The notes beneath the pieces were generated by a model. The model worked only from the letters and a program-made list of their open reading frames with translations, searched no databases and was not told the DNA's origin. Made by a program: the position numbers and the translations under genes. From Methanonatronarchaeales archaeon (GTDB lineage: Archaea > Halobacteriota > Methanonatronarchaeia > JAANXF01), in assembly GCA_018263395.1 (NCBI GenBank), contig JAANXF010000015.1, forward strand, positions 10,537-74,536: DNA of 64,000 bases, given 5' to 3'. Positions 53,498 to 63,191 of this stretch are shown piece by piece (positions within the stretch are counted from its first letter, which is position 1; each line of letters begins with the position of its first letter).

Positions 53498-54080
53498 GAT
53501 AGTCTTCTCAGGGCGCTCCAACGTGGGCAAATCCACCCTTTTGAACGAACTGTTCGGTCAGGCCTTCGAGACCGGAAGGAGACCCGGGGTCACACTCAAA
53601 CCGAGAACCTTCAGGTACAGGGACCTCGTTGTCACGGACCTCCCCGGATTCGGCTTCATGCAGGGCGTCCCCGACACCAAGCAGGAAATCGTGAAGGACC
53701 AGGTGGTGAGGCACCTGGAGAGCGGAGCGGAGAACGTGCTCTTCGCCGTACAGGTAATTGACGCTTCGAGCTTCGTCGAAATCGTGGACAGGTGGACGGG
53801 ACGAGGCGAGGTTCCCAACGAGATCGACCTATACGAGCTCTGCCGCGACCTCGACATACCCGTCGTGGTGGCGGCCAACAAGATGGATAAAGTGGAGGAC
53901 CGGGACGAAACCCTCGACGAAATATGTCGACGGTTCGGGATGCTTCCTCCCTGGCGGCAGTGGAGGGACCGGGTAGCTCCCGTCTCCGCCAAGGGGGGCG
54001 ACGTGGAGCCCCTAGAGCGCATCATCAGAGATAGGCTGCACGACGAGGGACGCGACGACCTGCTCGGGGCCCTATCGTGA
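53475..54080 (+). CDS. engB: GTP-binding protein EngB
   Basis: 201 aa with GRSNVGKSTLLN (G1), DLPGFG (G3), NKMD (G4). TTG start is uncertain. Confidence 0.85.
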   Translation: MNRSSRTEIVFSGRSNVGKSTLLNELFGQAFETGRRPGVTLKPRTFRYRDLVVTDLPGFGFMQGVPDTKQEIVKDQVVRHLESGAENVLFAVQVIDASSFVEIVDRWTGRGEVPNEIDLYELCRDLDIPVVVAANKMDKVEDRDETLDEICRRFGMLPPWRQWRDRVAPVSAKGGDVEPLERIIRDRLHDEGRDDLLGALS

Positions 54081-54278
54081 CCCGTAAGGAACAGGGCGGC
54101 TCTGAACGGACCCTGACGGGGAACCTCCTCTGCGCCCTCGACGCTTCTATAGTGATTGTTGGAGGTAGGTGGTGATTATCTCGGGACCAGAATAGAACCG
54201 TCTTCCTCCCCTGATTCAGTGAAGGACTGTGGGTTCTTTCGGGAAGAAGAGTTCACCAATCTTTTCCGATAATTACTA

Positions 54279-54356
<78 letters not shown>

Positions 54357-54397
54357 GATGACGCGGTCTCTCTCAGCGGAGGAATCCTTAAGACTTT

Positions 54398-55312
54398 CTA
54401 CCGCGGTTGATCGCTCTCAACCAGCCTCGCCCCTGTTCTGTCCAGGTAGATACGGGTCCAGAGCACCGAGGAGTACGGTCCGGTGACGAGGACCGAGGCG
54501 GCAAGGCCGTAAAGCTGCTCCACCGCGACGGCGGAGGTCGTTCCCGCCCCCCCGACAATTGCTCCCGGCAGGTTCACTGCGACGGAGACCAGGGCCACGG
54601 CGACGAGTAGAAGCAGTACCGCCAGCGGGTCCCCCATCGTGAAGGTGGTTCCGGTGACGACCGCGTCGACCGGCCCGAGGTCGTCGCAGACCAGTGCGTA
54701 CCTGACCGGGATGAAGAGGTAGGCGAAGAACAGCAGTGCCCCTATCGGGACCAGCAGCGCGGGGTCCGGTTCACGGGCGAGCAGCAGCGCAGGGTCGGAT
54801 AGAAGCACCGGGGACAGGAAGGCGACCATCAGGGCGGCGACAATCAGGAGCATCAGGGCTTCCGCGAGGAACATGTCGAGCAGGTGCTTTTTTCCGTACC
54901 TCGCCGCGTCCTGAAGCGAGCACCGGTAAAGCTCGTTGGCCTCCACCGACATCCCGATGGCGGCTGCGTCGAAGAGGGCAGAGATGAGCATCGCCCCTGC
55001 AAGCCACAGGGGTACCAGTACGGCCAGCGTGGTGGACGACCTCTCCGCGTAACCGCCGAGCAGGGAGGCCAGCAGCGCCGGGTCATAGACGGCGGATTGT
55101 GACGCGCTCAGGAGGGACTCCGGTGGCGGGTTCAGCAGCAGGAAGACCAGCAGGCCCGAGGCAATCCAGGCGACGATCGTGAGGAGGGAGAGCGCGAACG
55201 GGACCGCTATCTTCAGGTTGTTGGACCAGACCCTGAATCCTCTAACGAGCAGCTGCCTCGTGCTCTCGTTACCCACCGGCTCGTCCCCGCTAGGCGACCA
55301 TTCTCCCACCAC
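54398..55312 (-). CDS. polytopic membrane protein, unknown function
   Basis: About 300 aa with several hydrophobic segments. The probable GTG start at 55312 lies just after the upstream gene stop. Confidence 0.45.
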   Translation of the reverse strand: MVGEWSPSGDEPVGNESTRQLLVRGFRVWSNNLKIAVPFALSLLTIVAWIASGLLVFLLLNPPPESLLSASQSAVYDPALLASLLGGYAERSSTTLAVLVPLWLAGAMLISALFDAAAIGMSVEANELYRCSLQDAARYGKKHLLDMFLAEALMLLIVAALMVAFLSPVLLSDPALLLAREPDPALLVPIGALLFFAYLFIPVRYALVCDDLGPVDAVVTGTTFTMGDPLAVLLLLVAVALVSVAVNLPGAIVGGAGTTSAVAVEQLYGLAASVLVTGPYSSVLWTRIYLDRTGARLVESDQPR

Positions 55313-55314
55313 GG

Positions 55315-56496
55315 TCAGGATCCGGACGTCTCGACGCCGTAGGCATCGTTCTTGAGCGTCTCCTTTACGTCGCGTCCCCGTTCGACCGATACCTCCGGCC
55401 ACATCCTCACGTCCGGATGCACCGTTACGTCGTCTGCGATTCGCACCCGGGGGCCGATAACTGTGCCGTTCTCCAGCCCGACGCCCGCACCGGTCTCCGT
55501 GGACGAGTCCAGTATGCTGGATGAGACCGAGTTATCGCGCCCGAGCGAGACGCCGTCGAAGAGGTGGGAGGATAGCACTGTCGAGCCGTCGTCGATCGAA
55601 CACCCCTCCCCTATGGAGGTGTAGGGCCCTACGAGGACGTCGTCGCCTATGGTTACGTCCCTGTCCATCCAGACCGGCCCAATGACTGAGCTTCCCCTGC
55701 CTATTTTGACGCCGCTCCTGATCTCGACGGGCCCCTTCAGGTTGGAGGAGCGCAGCTCCACGTCCCCGCTTAGCTGCGTGGTTGGCAGGCTCCTCAGGAG
55801 CCACTTGACCGCGCTGCGGTAGCTGCTGGGCCGCCCGACGTCGCTCCACTCGCCCTGAACCAGCCAGCCCTTCGCCTCGCCGCCCTCCACCAGCCCGGGA
55901 AACAGGTCCTTCGCGAAGTCGAAGTACCTTCCCTCCGGCACAAGTTCCAGTAGCTCCGGGTCCAGTACGTATATGCCGGTGGAGGCCAGGTTGGAGAAGA
56001 CCTCGCCGGGGGCCGGTTTCTCCCTGAAACGACCGATTTCCCCCCTGGCGCCCATCTCGGCTATGCCGAACTCTCGGGGGTCGTCCACGCACATAAGCGC
56101 GATCGTTACGGGGCAGTCGTGTGCACGGTGGTATTCGTAGAGCTCCCGCAGGTTGAAGTCCAGCATGTGGTCCCCGCCCAGGACGAGGAAGGGGGAGTCG
56201 TTCAGGTGCTCCTCCGCGTTCTTGACCCCGCCGGCCGTACCCATCTTGTCCTCCTCGTGCACGTAGGTCATGGATGCCCCGAAGCGGGAGCCGTCGTCGA
56301 GCGAATCGACCACCCTGTCGCCCATGTATCCCAGCGTGACGACCTGATCCCTGAAGCCGTGGTTAACGAGGTGCTGGACGGTGTGTGCGACGAGCGGCTG
56401 GCCGAGGACCGGGATGGTGGGCTTCGGACGCTCAAAGGTCAGGGGTCTGAGCCGGGTGCCCTTTCCCCCGCCCATTATGCAGGCCCTCATTGCCAA
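55315..56496 (-). CDS. sugar-1-phosphate nucleotidyltransferase with C-terminal left-handed beta-helix
   Basis: 393 aa with GGGKGTRLRPLTFERPKP, then hexapeptide-repeat region. Confidence 0.8.
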   Translation of the reverse strand: MAMRACIMGGGKGTRLRPLTFERPKPTIPVLGQPLVAHTVQHLVNHGFRDQVVTLGYMGDRVVDSLDDGSRFGASMTYVHEEDKMGTAGGVKNAEEHLNDSPFLVLGGDHMLDFNLRELYEYHRAHDCPVTIALMCVDDPREFGIAEMGARGEIGRFREKPAPGEVFSNLASTGIYVLDPELLELVPEGRYFDFAKDLFPGLVEGGEAKGWLVQGEWSDVGRPSSYRSAVKWLLRSLPTTQLSGDVELRSSNLKGPVEIRSGVKIGRGSSVIGPVWMDRDVTIGDDVLVGPYTSIGEGCSIDDGSTVLSSHLFDGVSLGRDNSVSSSILDSSTETGAGVGLENGTVIGPRVRIADDVTVHPDVRMWPEVSVERGRDVKETLKNDAYGVETSGS

Positions 56497-56517
56497 GTAA
56501 TCGGCGGGAGGCTACTT

Positions 56518-57801
56518 TTAGGAACCGCCTCCCGGTACAATCCTGAAGAGACGGTCATCCCCCCGCCTTGACCTTCCCCGGCCGTCCCTGTTGCTCGTTA
56601 GGATGTAAAGCCCGCCCTCGGGCCCCACGACTGCGTCCCTGAGGCGGCCATACCTATCCTTCAGAAGGACCTCGTGCTTCCGGACCTCCCTCCCGTCGAC
56701 CACGAGCCTGTGGAGGGCCTCCCCCCGCAGGGCCGCGAAGAAGAGCGAACCGCTCCACGCATCGATGGGGCCGTAGTAGAAGGCGGCTCCTGAGGGAGCC
56801 CACGTGTCCGTGCCCGAATGAATCAGCGGGTCCACGAAGCCCTCGACATCGGGGGCTCCCTGGTGAAGCTGCCAGCCGTAGTTTCCTCCCCTCTCGATGA
56901 GGTTCACCTCGTCGTGCCCAACCTCGCCGTGTTCCGTCGCGAACAGCTCCCCGTCGGCGGAGAAGGCGAGCCCCTGCGGGTTCCTGTGGCCGTAGGAGTA
57001 GACGTAAGGCCCCTCCTCGAAAGGGTTTCCGGGAGCAGGCTCCCCGTCCGGCGTCATCCTCAGTATCTTGCCGCCGAGGCTTCCGAGGTCTTGGGCGTTT
57101 CCTCCGTTACCGGCGTCCCCTGTACAGATGTAGAGAAGGCCGTCCTGGCCGAACTTTATCCTGCCGCCGTCGTGGTAGCTGCCGCCGGGGATACCGTCTA
57201 GGAGGACCTCCTCCCTGCCCCCCATCAGCTTCTCTTCTCGAATCCTCGACACCCTGTTGAACTGTGCCCCGTCCCCGGAGTATGTGTAGTGCATGTACAC
57301 CCAGGGCTCGTCAGGGAACTCCGGGTGGAGCGCCAGGCCCAGTAGACCTCCCTCCCCGCCCTTGACCCACCAGGTAGGCGGCTCGCCGGGCCTGCTTGCC
57401 TCGGCCTCAACGGACGGCGGCGTGGAGTAGCTCCTCTCCAGTAGCCCGCCGGGCCCGATGACGCGTACCCTGCCGACTCTCTCCGTGAAAAATATCCTTC
57501 CGTCCTTCGAGAAATCGACGGCCCAGGGCACCTCGAGCCCCTCCGCCATGGTGTCCACGCGGACCCTGACCCCTCCGATGACCGTTTCCACTGAGTCGAT
57601 TGGCTCGGAAAGCTCCCCGGCAAGCTCCCCGCCGTAGGGAGAGGGTGTCTCCATGGGTGTCCCCGTGGCGTTGGCCGGGCCCCCTCCAGGGGTCCTGTTC
57701 ACCGTCCCGTCGCCCCCGGGTCTGCTGGGTCCTCTCAGGCAGCCGGCGAGACCCCCGAGGCACGCTACGCCAATGGCCCTCAGCAGTCTCCTCCTGCGCA
57801 T
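56518..57801 (-). CDS. PQQ-dependent (soluble glucose/sorbosone) dehydrogenase-family beta-propeller, Tat/lipobox signal
   Basis: 427 aa with MRRRRLLRAIGVACLGGLAGC signal, and the GLLGLALHPEF and GHRNPQGLAF motifs. Confidence 0.75.
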   Translation of the reverse strand: MRRRRLLRAIGVACLGGLAGCLRGPSRPGGDGTVNRTPGGGPANATGTPMETPSPYGGELAGELSEPIDSVETVIGGVRVRVDTMAEGLEVPWAVDFSKDGRIFFTERVGRVRVIGPGGLLERSYSTPPSVEAEASRPGEPPTWWVKGGEGGLLGLALHPEFPDEPWVYMHYTYSGDGAQFNRVSRIREEKLMGGREEVLLDGIPGGSYHDGGRIKFGQDGLLYICTGDAGNGGNAQDLGSLGGKILRMTPDGEPAPGNPFEEGPYVYSYGHRNPQGLAFSADGELFATEHGEVGHDEVNLIERGGNYGWQLHQGAPDVEGFVDPLIHSGTDTWAPSGAAFYYGPIDAWSGSLFFAALRGEALHRLVVDGREVRKHEVLLKDRYGRLRDAVVGPEGGLYILTSNRDGRGRSRRGDDRLFRIVPGGGS

Positions 57802-57898
57802 CGGTTGAGATACGTGGGGTCCGCCGGGGATAAAACTGCCCCCACCCGGCGGCTTAAGCCGAGTAAAGGTTAACTAAACACGGCACGACTACGACGAC

Positions 57899-58279
57899 AT
57901 GGTACGGTCGCAGGGAAGGTCGAGGCGCAAATCCACCGGAGGTTTTCGCCACGCGGCCAGGAAGAAGCGGAAGTACGAACTCGGCGGTCACCCTGTTCTA
58001 ACCAAGGTAGGTGATTACGGGGTCAAGGAGAGCCGGACCAGGGGGGGCTCGAGCAAGACCAGGGCCCTCTCGGTGAACGAGGTCTCCGTGCAGACGAAGG
58101 ACGGCGGTGGAGAGCGGACAGAAATTCTGGACGTGGTGGAGAACCCGGCTGATCCGCACTTCGTCAGGCGGAACGTCGTTACGAAGGGCTGCGTAATCGA
58201 TACCCCGCTGGGCAGGTGCCGCGTAACCAGCAGACCCTCCCAGGAGGGCTGCGTCAACGCCGTCCTGCTGGATGAGTGA
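57899..58279 (+). CDS. rps8e: 30S ribosomal protein S8e
   Basis: 126 aa with MVRSQGRSRRKSTGG... Confidence 0.9.
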   Translation: MVRSQGRSRRKSTGGFRHAARKKRKYELGGHPVLTKVGDYGVKESRTRGGSSKTRALSVNEVSVQTKDGGGERTEILDVVENPADPHFVRRNVVTKGCVIDTPLGRCRVTSRPSQEGCVNAVLLDE

Positions 58280-58547
58280 AAGGCGGGTAATCTGGCCGGT
58301 CTACCTCGACTCCGCCAGGACGCGGAGCCAGGGCCGCGCAATCTCGAAGGAGGAAGCTGTAAAGGGGCCCACCCTGAAAGAGATAGAGGGGGCCGCGTCG
58401 GCGCTGGGTCTCGACCCGGTGGTCGAGCCTGAGAAGTCCTACCCCGCGTCGTGGTGGGAGGAATCCGGACGGGTGCTCGTGGACAGCGCGGAGCCAAAAA
58501 GCGTTACCGTCAGGCGTATCGCCGGGGAGATAGGGAAGGACAGATGA
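58272..58547 (+). CDS. srp19: signal recognition particle protein SRP19
   Basis: 91 aa with RVIWPVYLDSARTRSQGR... Confidence 0.88.
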   Translation: MSERRVIWPVYLDSARTRSQGRAISKEEAVKGPTLKEIEGAASALGLDPVVEPEKSYPASWWEESGRVLVDSAEPKSVTVRRIAGEIGKDR

Positions 58548-59179
58548 TGTTCGACCTCCACGTACACTCCGTCTACAGCGATGGCGTCCTCGTTCCCGCC
58601 GAGCTGGCACGGAGGTTCGCCGACGTGGGTTACGACCTCGTGGGCATAGCGGACCACATCGACTTCACGAACGTCGACCTGATAGGGAGGGTCCGCACCG
58701 GCGTGGAGAAACAGGTGAACGAGGACGTCGAGGTCGCCGTCGGTGCCGAGCTGACGCACGTCCCGCCGGACAAAATTTCGGAGCTCGCGGGGAGGGCCAG
58801 GAGGGAGGGGGCTTCTCACGTAGTCGTGCACGGCGAGACCATCGTGGAGCCCGTGGAGCCCGGCACCAACGCGGCCGCGGTCCGGTGCCGGGACGTGGAC
58901 GTCCTGGCTCACCCAGGGGTGCTGTCGATCGAGGACGCGGAGGCCGCGAGGGAGAACGACGTGTTCCTCGAGGTCACGACCCGCACCACTCACGGTCTCG
59001 GCAACGGAAGGGTCGTGGAGGTCGCGAGGGAGGCCGGGGCCGGGCTGATTCTGAACAGCGACTTCCACCATCCGAGGGACCTGCCCACGCGGGAGTTCAG
59101 GGAGAACGTGGTGAGGTCCGCCGGACTCTCGGTGGACGACGACGCGTTCCTCAACGACCCCTCGGAGATACTGGGATGA
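58544..59179 (+). CDS. PHP-domain metal-dependent phosphoesterase
   Basis: From the ATG at 58544: MMFDLHVHSVYSDG..., later IADHID, VVHGE, NSDFH (PHP His/Asp motifs). Confidence 0.7.
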   Translation: MMFDLHVHSVYSDGVLVPAELARRFADVGYDLVGIADHIDFTNVDLIGRVRTGVEKQVNEDVEVAVGAELTHVPPDKISELAGRARREGASHVVVHGETIVEPVEPGTNAAAVRCRDVDVLAHPGVLSIEDAEAARENDVFLEVTTRTTHGLGNGRVVEVAREAGAGLILNSDFHHPRDLPTREFRENVVRSAGLSVDDDAFLNDPSEILG

Positions 59180-59385
59180 GGCGGCTGGGCACCGCATTCT
59201 CCGAGTCGAGAAACGAGCTCGTCGTGGCGGCGGAGTTCGCCCCCCGCATGGGGTCGAAGGTCGTTGACAGGGGGATGAAGGTGGTCGGGGACGTGTTGGA
59301 CCTCTTCGGCTCGGTCGAGAAACCCTTCGTCGCCGTGGATGACGGCGAGACGGTCGAGACCGGCGAGCCGCTCTACGTGCTGTAA
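59176..59385 (+). CDS. gar1: H/ACA RNP protein Gar1
   Basis: 69 aa from the ATG at 59176 (ATGA overlap): MRRLGTAFSESRNELVVAAEFAPRMGSKVVDRGMKVVGDVLDLFGSVEKPFVAV. Confidence 0.7.
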   Translation: MRRLGTAFSESRNELVVAAEFAPRMGSKVVDRGMKVVGDVLDLFGSVEKPFVAVDDGETVETGEPLYVL

Positions 59386-59447
59386 ACCCTCCGTAACACC
59401 CCTCCGTAACACGCGGCTCGATGAGCTGCCGCTTCGAGAGACCCGTT

Positions 59448-59999
59448 TCAGTCCAGCAGTTCAATGGCCGTCTCGAGGGCGTCGTCGAAGCCGACGCGCT
59501 TCGACGGGTCGTACAGCGTCGCTGCGGGGTGGTAGTTAACTACGAGGGGCACGCGCAGCTCCCCGAACGAGGCCCCGCCCCCGCGTCCCAGTGCCTCCCC
59601 CATCGAGACGGCTCTCCCCAGCAGGGCCGAGGACGCCACCCTGCCCAGGGCGCAGACGACCCCGGGCTCGAAGACCGAGACCTCCTCGACTAGGTAGCTC
59701 CTGCAGTTCCCGACCTCGCTCTTGAGCGGGTCCCGGTTCCCCGGCGGCCTGCACCTCACGACGTTCGAGATTCGGACGTCGTCCCTGTCTAGGCCGAGCC
59801 CCGTCAGGGCCTCGTCCAGAACCTCCCCGCTTCTCCCTACGAAGGGCTCCCCCCGCTCGTCCTCCCTCCTCCCCGGGGCCTCGCCCAGAAGCATGAGGCC
59901 GCTGGAGCACGAGCCCTCGCCGTTGACGACCCGGGTCCTGCTCTCCACCAGAGGCGGGCAGCGCCGGCAGTCCTGGGGAGCACTCGCCCACGGACTCAT
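59448..59999 (-). CDS. udg: uracil-DNA glycosylase, family 4
   Basis: 183 aa with CRRCPL, GEAPGRRED, RPPGNR and HPAA motifs. Confidence 0.85.
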   Translation of the reverse strand: MSPWASAPQDCRRCPPLVESRTRVVNGEGSCSSGLMLLGEAPGRREDERGEPFVGRSGEVLDEALTGLGLDRDDVRISNVVRCRPPGNRDPLKSEVGNCRSYLVEEVSVFEPGVVCALGRVASSALLGRAVSMGEALGRGGGASFGELRVPLVVNYHPAATLYDPSKRVGFDDALETAIELLD

Positions 60000-61027
60000 C
60001 CCGGCGTCCCCTGCGGAAGCGCGGCCTCCAGTTCCTCTAGACCTGTGTCGACCAGACCGGTGACCTTCGGGTGACGCGTCCCCCGGAGCCTGAACAGTAG
60101 CCCGTCGAGAAACGTGAACCCCAGGCTTCCGCCCGACGCGTTCGGGTGTCCGCCTCCGCCGTGCTGCTCGGCCACCGCCGTGCAGACGCCGTGCGGCGAG
60201 CGCAGCGAGTACGTCCCCATCCCGCTCACCACTATCTCCAGGTCTGTACCGAACCTCTCACGCACAGCGTGGGCGGTGTCGCTGTTGTACCCCGCACTCC
60301 TCGTGACGCCGACCCTGAACCCGCCCCGCTCCACGACACGGGCGTTGTCCACCGACCTCTCCACCGCCAGCTCCTTTTCCCTCTCCAGAACCTCGTACCT
60401 GCGCTCCAGTTTCTCGTCCCAGTACTCGCCCCTGGCCATCATCCTGGAGACGCGGTCGTTCCACTCCCTGCCCCCTATCACGGTGGAGAGCCTCTCACTC
60501 AGGGGGTCCTCGTTGAGCCAGAGGTCGCGGTCCCGCCCGATTTCCGCGATTCTCCCCGCCACCGGGTCGTCGGGCAGAAGGTCCATCTGCACGACCTCGC
60601 ACCCCGCGTAGTCCCTGTCCACCCTGACGTGGTCCAGGACCTCCTCGAACCTCTCCAGCACCTCGTCTCTCCACGGGTGGTGGTCCCTCCACTCCACCGC
60701 CCAGCCCCTTCCCTTCAGTACACGGCAGGTCTTCAGTATCTCCTCCCCGTCGCCGTCGAAGTTAAGGTCCGAGAGGCTCAGCCGCTTCGGCGACGTGCTG
60801 CCGGAAACCTCTGCCAGCAGCCGGAACACCTCCCCGAGGTCCTCGACCCCGCTGTAAACGGTGAAGACCTCCTCGGGGCCGTACCTCCTCAGGTGTATCG
60901 CGTTCGATGCGACTGCGTCCAGGTCCACGTGCGTCAGGTGAACCACGGAGCCCTCGAACTGCTGCAGCGTCCGTTCGAGCCGTCTCTGGCGGAGGTACTC
61001 TCTCAGGCGAGCGACCGGTCCCTTCAT
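59996..61027 (-). CDS. DHH/DHHA1 phosphoesterase (NrnA/RecJ-like)
   Basis: 343 aa with HVDLDAVAS, WRDHHP and GGGHPNASGG. Confidence 0.75.
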   Translation of the reverse strand: MKGPVARLREYLRQRRLERTLQQFEGSVVHLTHVDLDAVASNAIHLRRYGPEEVFTVYSGVEDLGEVFRLLAEVSGSTSPKRLSLSDLNFDGDGEEILKTCRVLKGRGWAVEWRDHHPWRDEVLERFEEVLDHVRVDRDYAGCEVVQMDLLPDDPVAGRIAEIGRDRDLWLNEDPLSERLSTVIGGREWNDRVSRMMARGEYWDEKLERRYEVLEREKELAVERSVDNARVVERGGFRVGVTRSAGYNSDTAHAVRERFGTDLEIVVSGMGTYSLRSPHGVCTAVAEQHGGGGHPNASGGSLGFTFLDGLLFRLRGTRHPKVTGLVDTGLEELEAALPQGTPG

Positions 61028-61089
61028 GGCGGGGAGACCTCGTGGTAGTCTCTATCCGAGAGGTTTTTAGGATAACGGCGCCCCATCCC

Positions 61090-61758
61090 TCACCTGAACC
61101 CGTACTTCCTCGCGTGGTTCTCGTCCAGCCAGAGCCCCTCCGCGACCTCCTCTGCCTCGATGCCCTTCCGCCAGTAGTAGTGGTCGATTCGCGAGACGTC
61201 GCCCCGGTCAAGCGGGTCTCCACGCACGAAGGTCTCGAAGCCGTAGGTCTCCGACTCTATCTTCCCCTCCAGCCGGTCCAGGAACGGGGCCCCGTCGCTG
61301 GACTCGAAGAAGTAGCCCTCGTCGAGCACCTCGTCGACGCGGAGAGGCACCTCCCGCCCGTAGTTCTCCATCGGTGCCTCCCGGATCGTGCGGTTGACCC
61401 CATGGAGCAGGTGCAGCGGGTCCCGGAAACCCTCCACCGAGACCCACACCGGAATCCCGGAATCCACCCTCACGTAGAACTCGAACGGCGGGTTGTAACC
61501 GGCCTCGGTGGACTCCCCGACCTCGACGCGGGAGGGTGAGAAACCCCTATCCTCGAGGAGGCTCTCAACCCTGTCCTCGATGAACGTCCTGGAATCCTCC
61601 ATCGGCCCCGAGGCTCTAACCTCCTCCAGGGCGTCGATCGTTCCGGCCCTGGCCACCTCCCTGACGGCCTCCCTGCCAGGGCCGCCGCGCCTCTCCCCTG
61701 AGACGCATCCCGCCAGGAGGGAGAGAACGAGCAAGAGTGCGAGCGTTTTTGACTTCAA
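61090..61758 (-). CDS. predicted lipoprotein, unknown function
   Basis: 222 aa with signal plus lipobox MKSKTLALLLVLSLLAGC. Confidence 0.5.
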   Translation of the reverse strand: MKSKTLALLLVLSLLAGCVSGERRGGPGREAVREVARAGTIDALEEVRASGPMEDSRTFIEDRVESLLEDRGFSPSRVEVGESTEAGYNPPFEFYVRVDSGIPVWVSVEGFRDPLHLLHGVNRTIREAPMENYGREVPLRVDEVLDEGYFFESSDGAPFLDRLEGKIESETYGFETFVRGDPLDRGDVSRIDHYYWRKGIEAEEVAEGLWLDENHARKYGFR

Positions 61759-63072
61759 TCAGTAGGTCTCCAGATACTTCTCGAGCTCCCAGTCGTGGAC
61801 CTCGGCCTTGTACTCGTCCCACTCCGCTCTTTTGGCCTGCACGAACTTCTCGTACACGTGGTCCCCCAGCGCGTCCTTCACGACCTCGTCACCCTCCAGT
61901 GCGTCTACGGCCTCCTTCAGGCTTCCGGGGAGCTGCTCTACGCCGTACTCGCGGTGCCTCTCCTCGGTGAACTCGTAGACGTTTTCCCTTACGGGTTCGG
62001 GTGGCTCGATTCCCCGCCTCACTCCGTCAAGCCCCGCGGCCAGATTGACGGCGAATCCGAGGTACGGGTTGCACGACGGGTCCGGGCTGCGTAGCTCTAT
62101 CCTCGTGGAGGACCCCCTCCCGGCCGGTACGCGGATCAGGGCACTCCGGTTTACGTCGCTCCACGCCACGTAGACCGGGGCCTCGTATCCCGGAACCAAT
62201 CGCTTATAGCTGTTGACGGTCGGGTTCGTCACGGCGGTAAGCGCCGGCGCGTGCTCGATCAGACCCCCGACGTAGCGGTAGGCGGTCTCGCTCAACCCGA
62301 ACTCGTCCCCGTCGTCGACGAACGCGTTCTCTCCCCCAGTGGTGAAGAGGGACTGGTTGATGTGCATTCCGCTGCCGTTAATCGCGTGGATGGGCTTCGG
62401 CATAAAGGTGGCGTGGTGTCCGAGCTCCTTCGCTATCGACCTAACCACGGTCCTGAAGGTCGCAACGTTGTCCGCCGTCACCAACGCCTCGCCGTACTTG
62501 AAGTCTATCTCGTGCTGTCCCGCCGCGACCTCGTGGTGACTGGCCTCTATCTCGAAACCCATTGTCTCCAGGGCCAGCATCATCTTCCGCCTGATGTCGG
62601 AGGCCGTGTCCTTCGGGTCGAAGTCGAAGTACCCTCCGCTGTCGTGGGGAATCGTGGTAGCGTCCCCATCCGTTTCGAAGAGGAAGAACTCCGGCTCGGG
62701 ACCGACGTTCATGACGTACCCCATCCCCTCAGCTTCCCGCGTGACCCGCTTGAGGACGTGCCGCGGGTCACTCTCGAACGGTTCGCCGTCCGACCTCTTC
62801 ACGTCGCAGATCATCCTGGCGACGTTCGCCTCTCTCCACGGAAGGGGGGTGAACGTGTCGGGGTCCGGATCTAGCCGCATGTCGGACTCCTGTATTCGGA
62901 CGAACCCGTCGATCGAGGATCCGTCAAAGGCTATCCCCTCGTCCAGGGCCTTCTCCACCTGTTCGGAGGGTATCGCGACGCTCTTGACTATGCCCAGGAT
63001 GTCGGTGAACTGTAGGCCGACGAAGTCGATGCCGTCGCTTTCAACCCTCTCGAGGACAGTCTCTTTATCCAT
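61759..63072 (-). CDS. glnA: glutamine synthetase type I
   Basis: From the ATG at 63072: [27 protein letters not shown]..., 437 aa, GS beta-grasp and catalytic motifs. Confidence 0.9.
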   Translation of the reverse strand: MDKETVLERVESDGIDFVGLQFTDILGIVKSVAIPSEQVEKALDEGIAFDGSSIDGFVRIQESDMRLDPDPDTFTPLPWREANVARMICDVKRSDGEPFESDPRHVLKRVTREAEGMGYVMNVGPEPEFFLFETDGDATTIPHDSGGYFDFDPKDTASDIRRKMMLALETMGFEIEASHHEVAAGQHEIDFKYGEALVTADNVATFRTVVRSIAKELGHHATFMPKPIHAINGSGMHINQSLFTTGGENAFVDDGDEFGLSETAYRYVGGLIEHAPALTAVTNPTVNSYKRLVPGYEAPVYVAWSDVNRSALIRVPAGRGSSTRIELRSPDPSCNPYLGFAVNLAAGLDGVRRGIEPPEPVRENVYEFTEERHREYGVEQLPGSLKEAVDALEGDEVVKDALGDHVYEKFVQAKRAEWDEYKAEVHDWELEKYLETY

Positions 63073-63191
63073 ATTAGCAGGGGCCGTACAGATATTGGCC
63101 GGATGGGTCAAGTATCTCCCGGAACCCCCCGGCACCCGGTTTCCGGTTCCTAGGTTAGCTTTTTTACGATTTATCACGAAAGGGGTACGAC

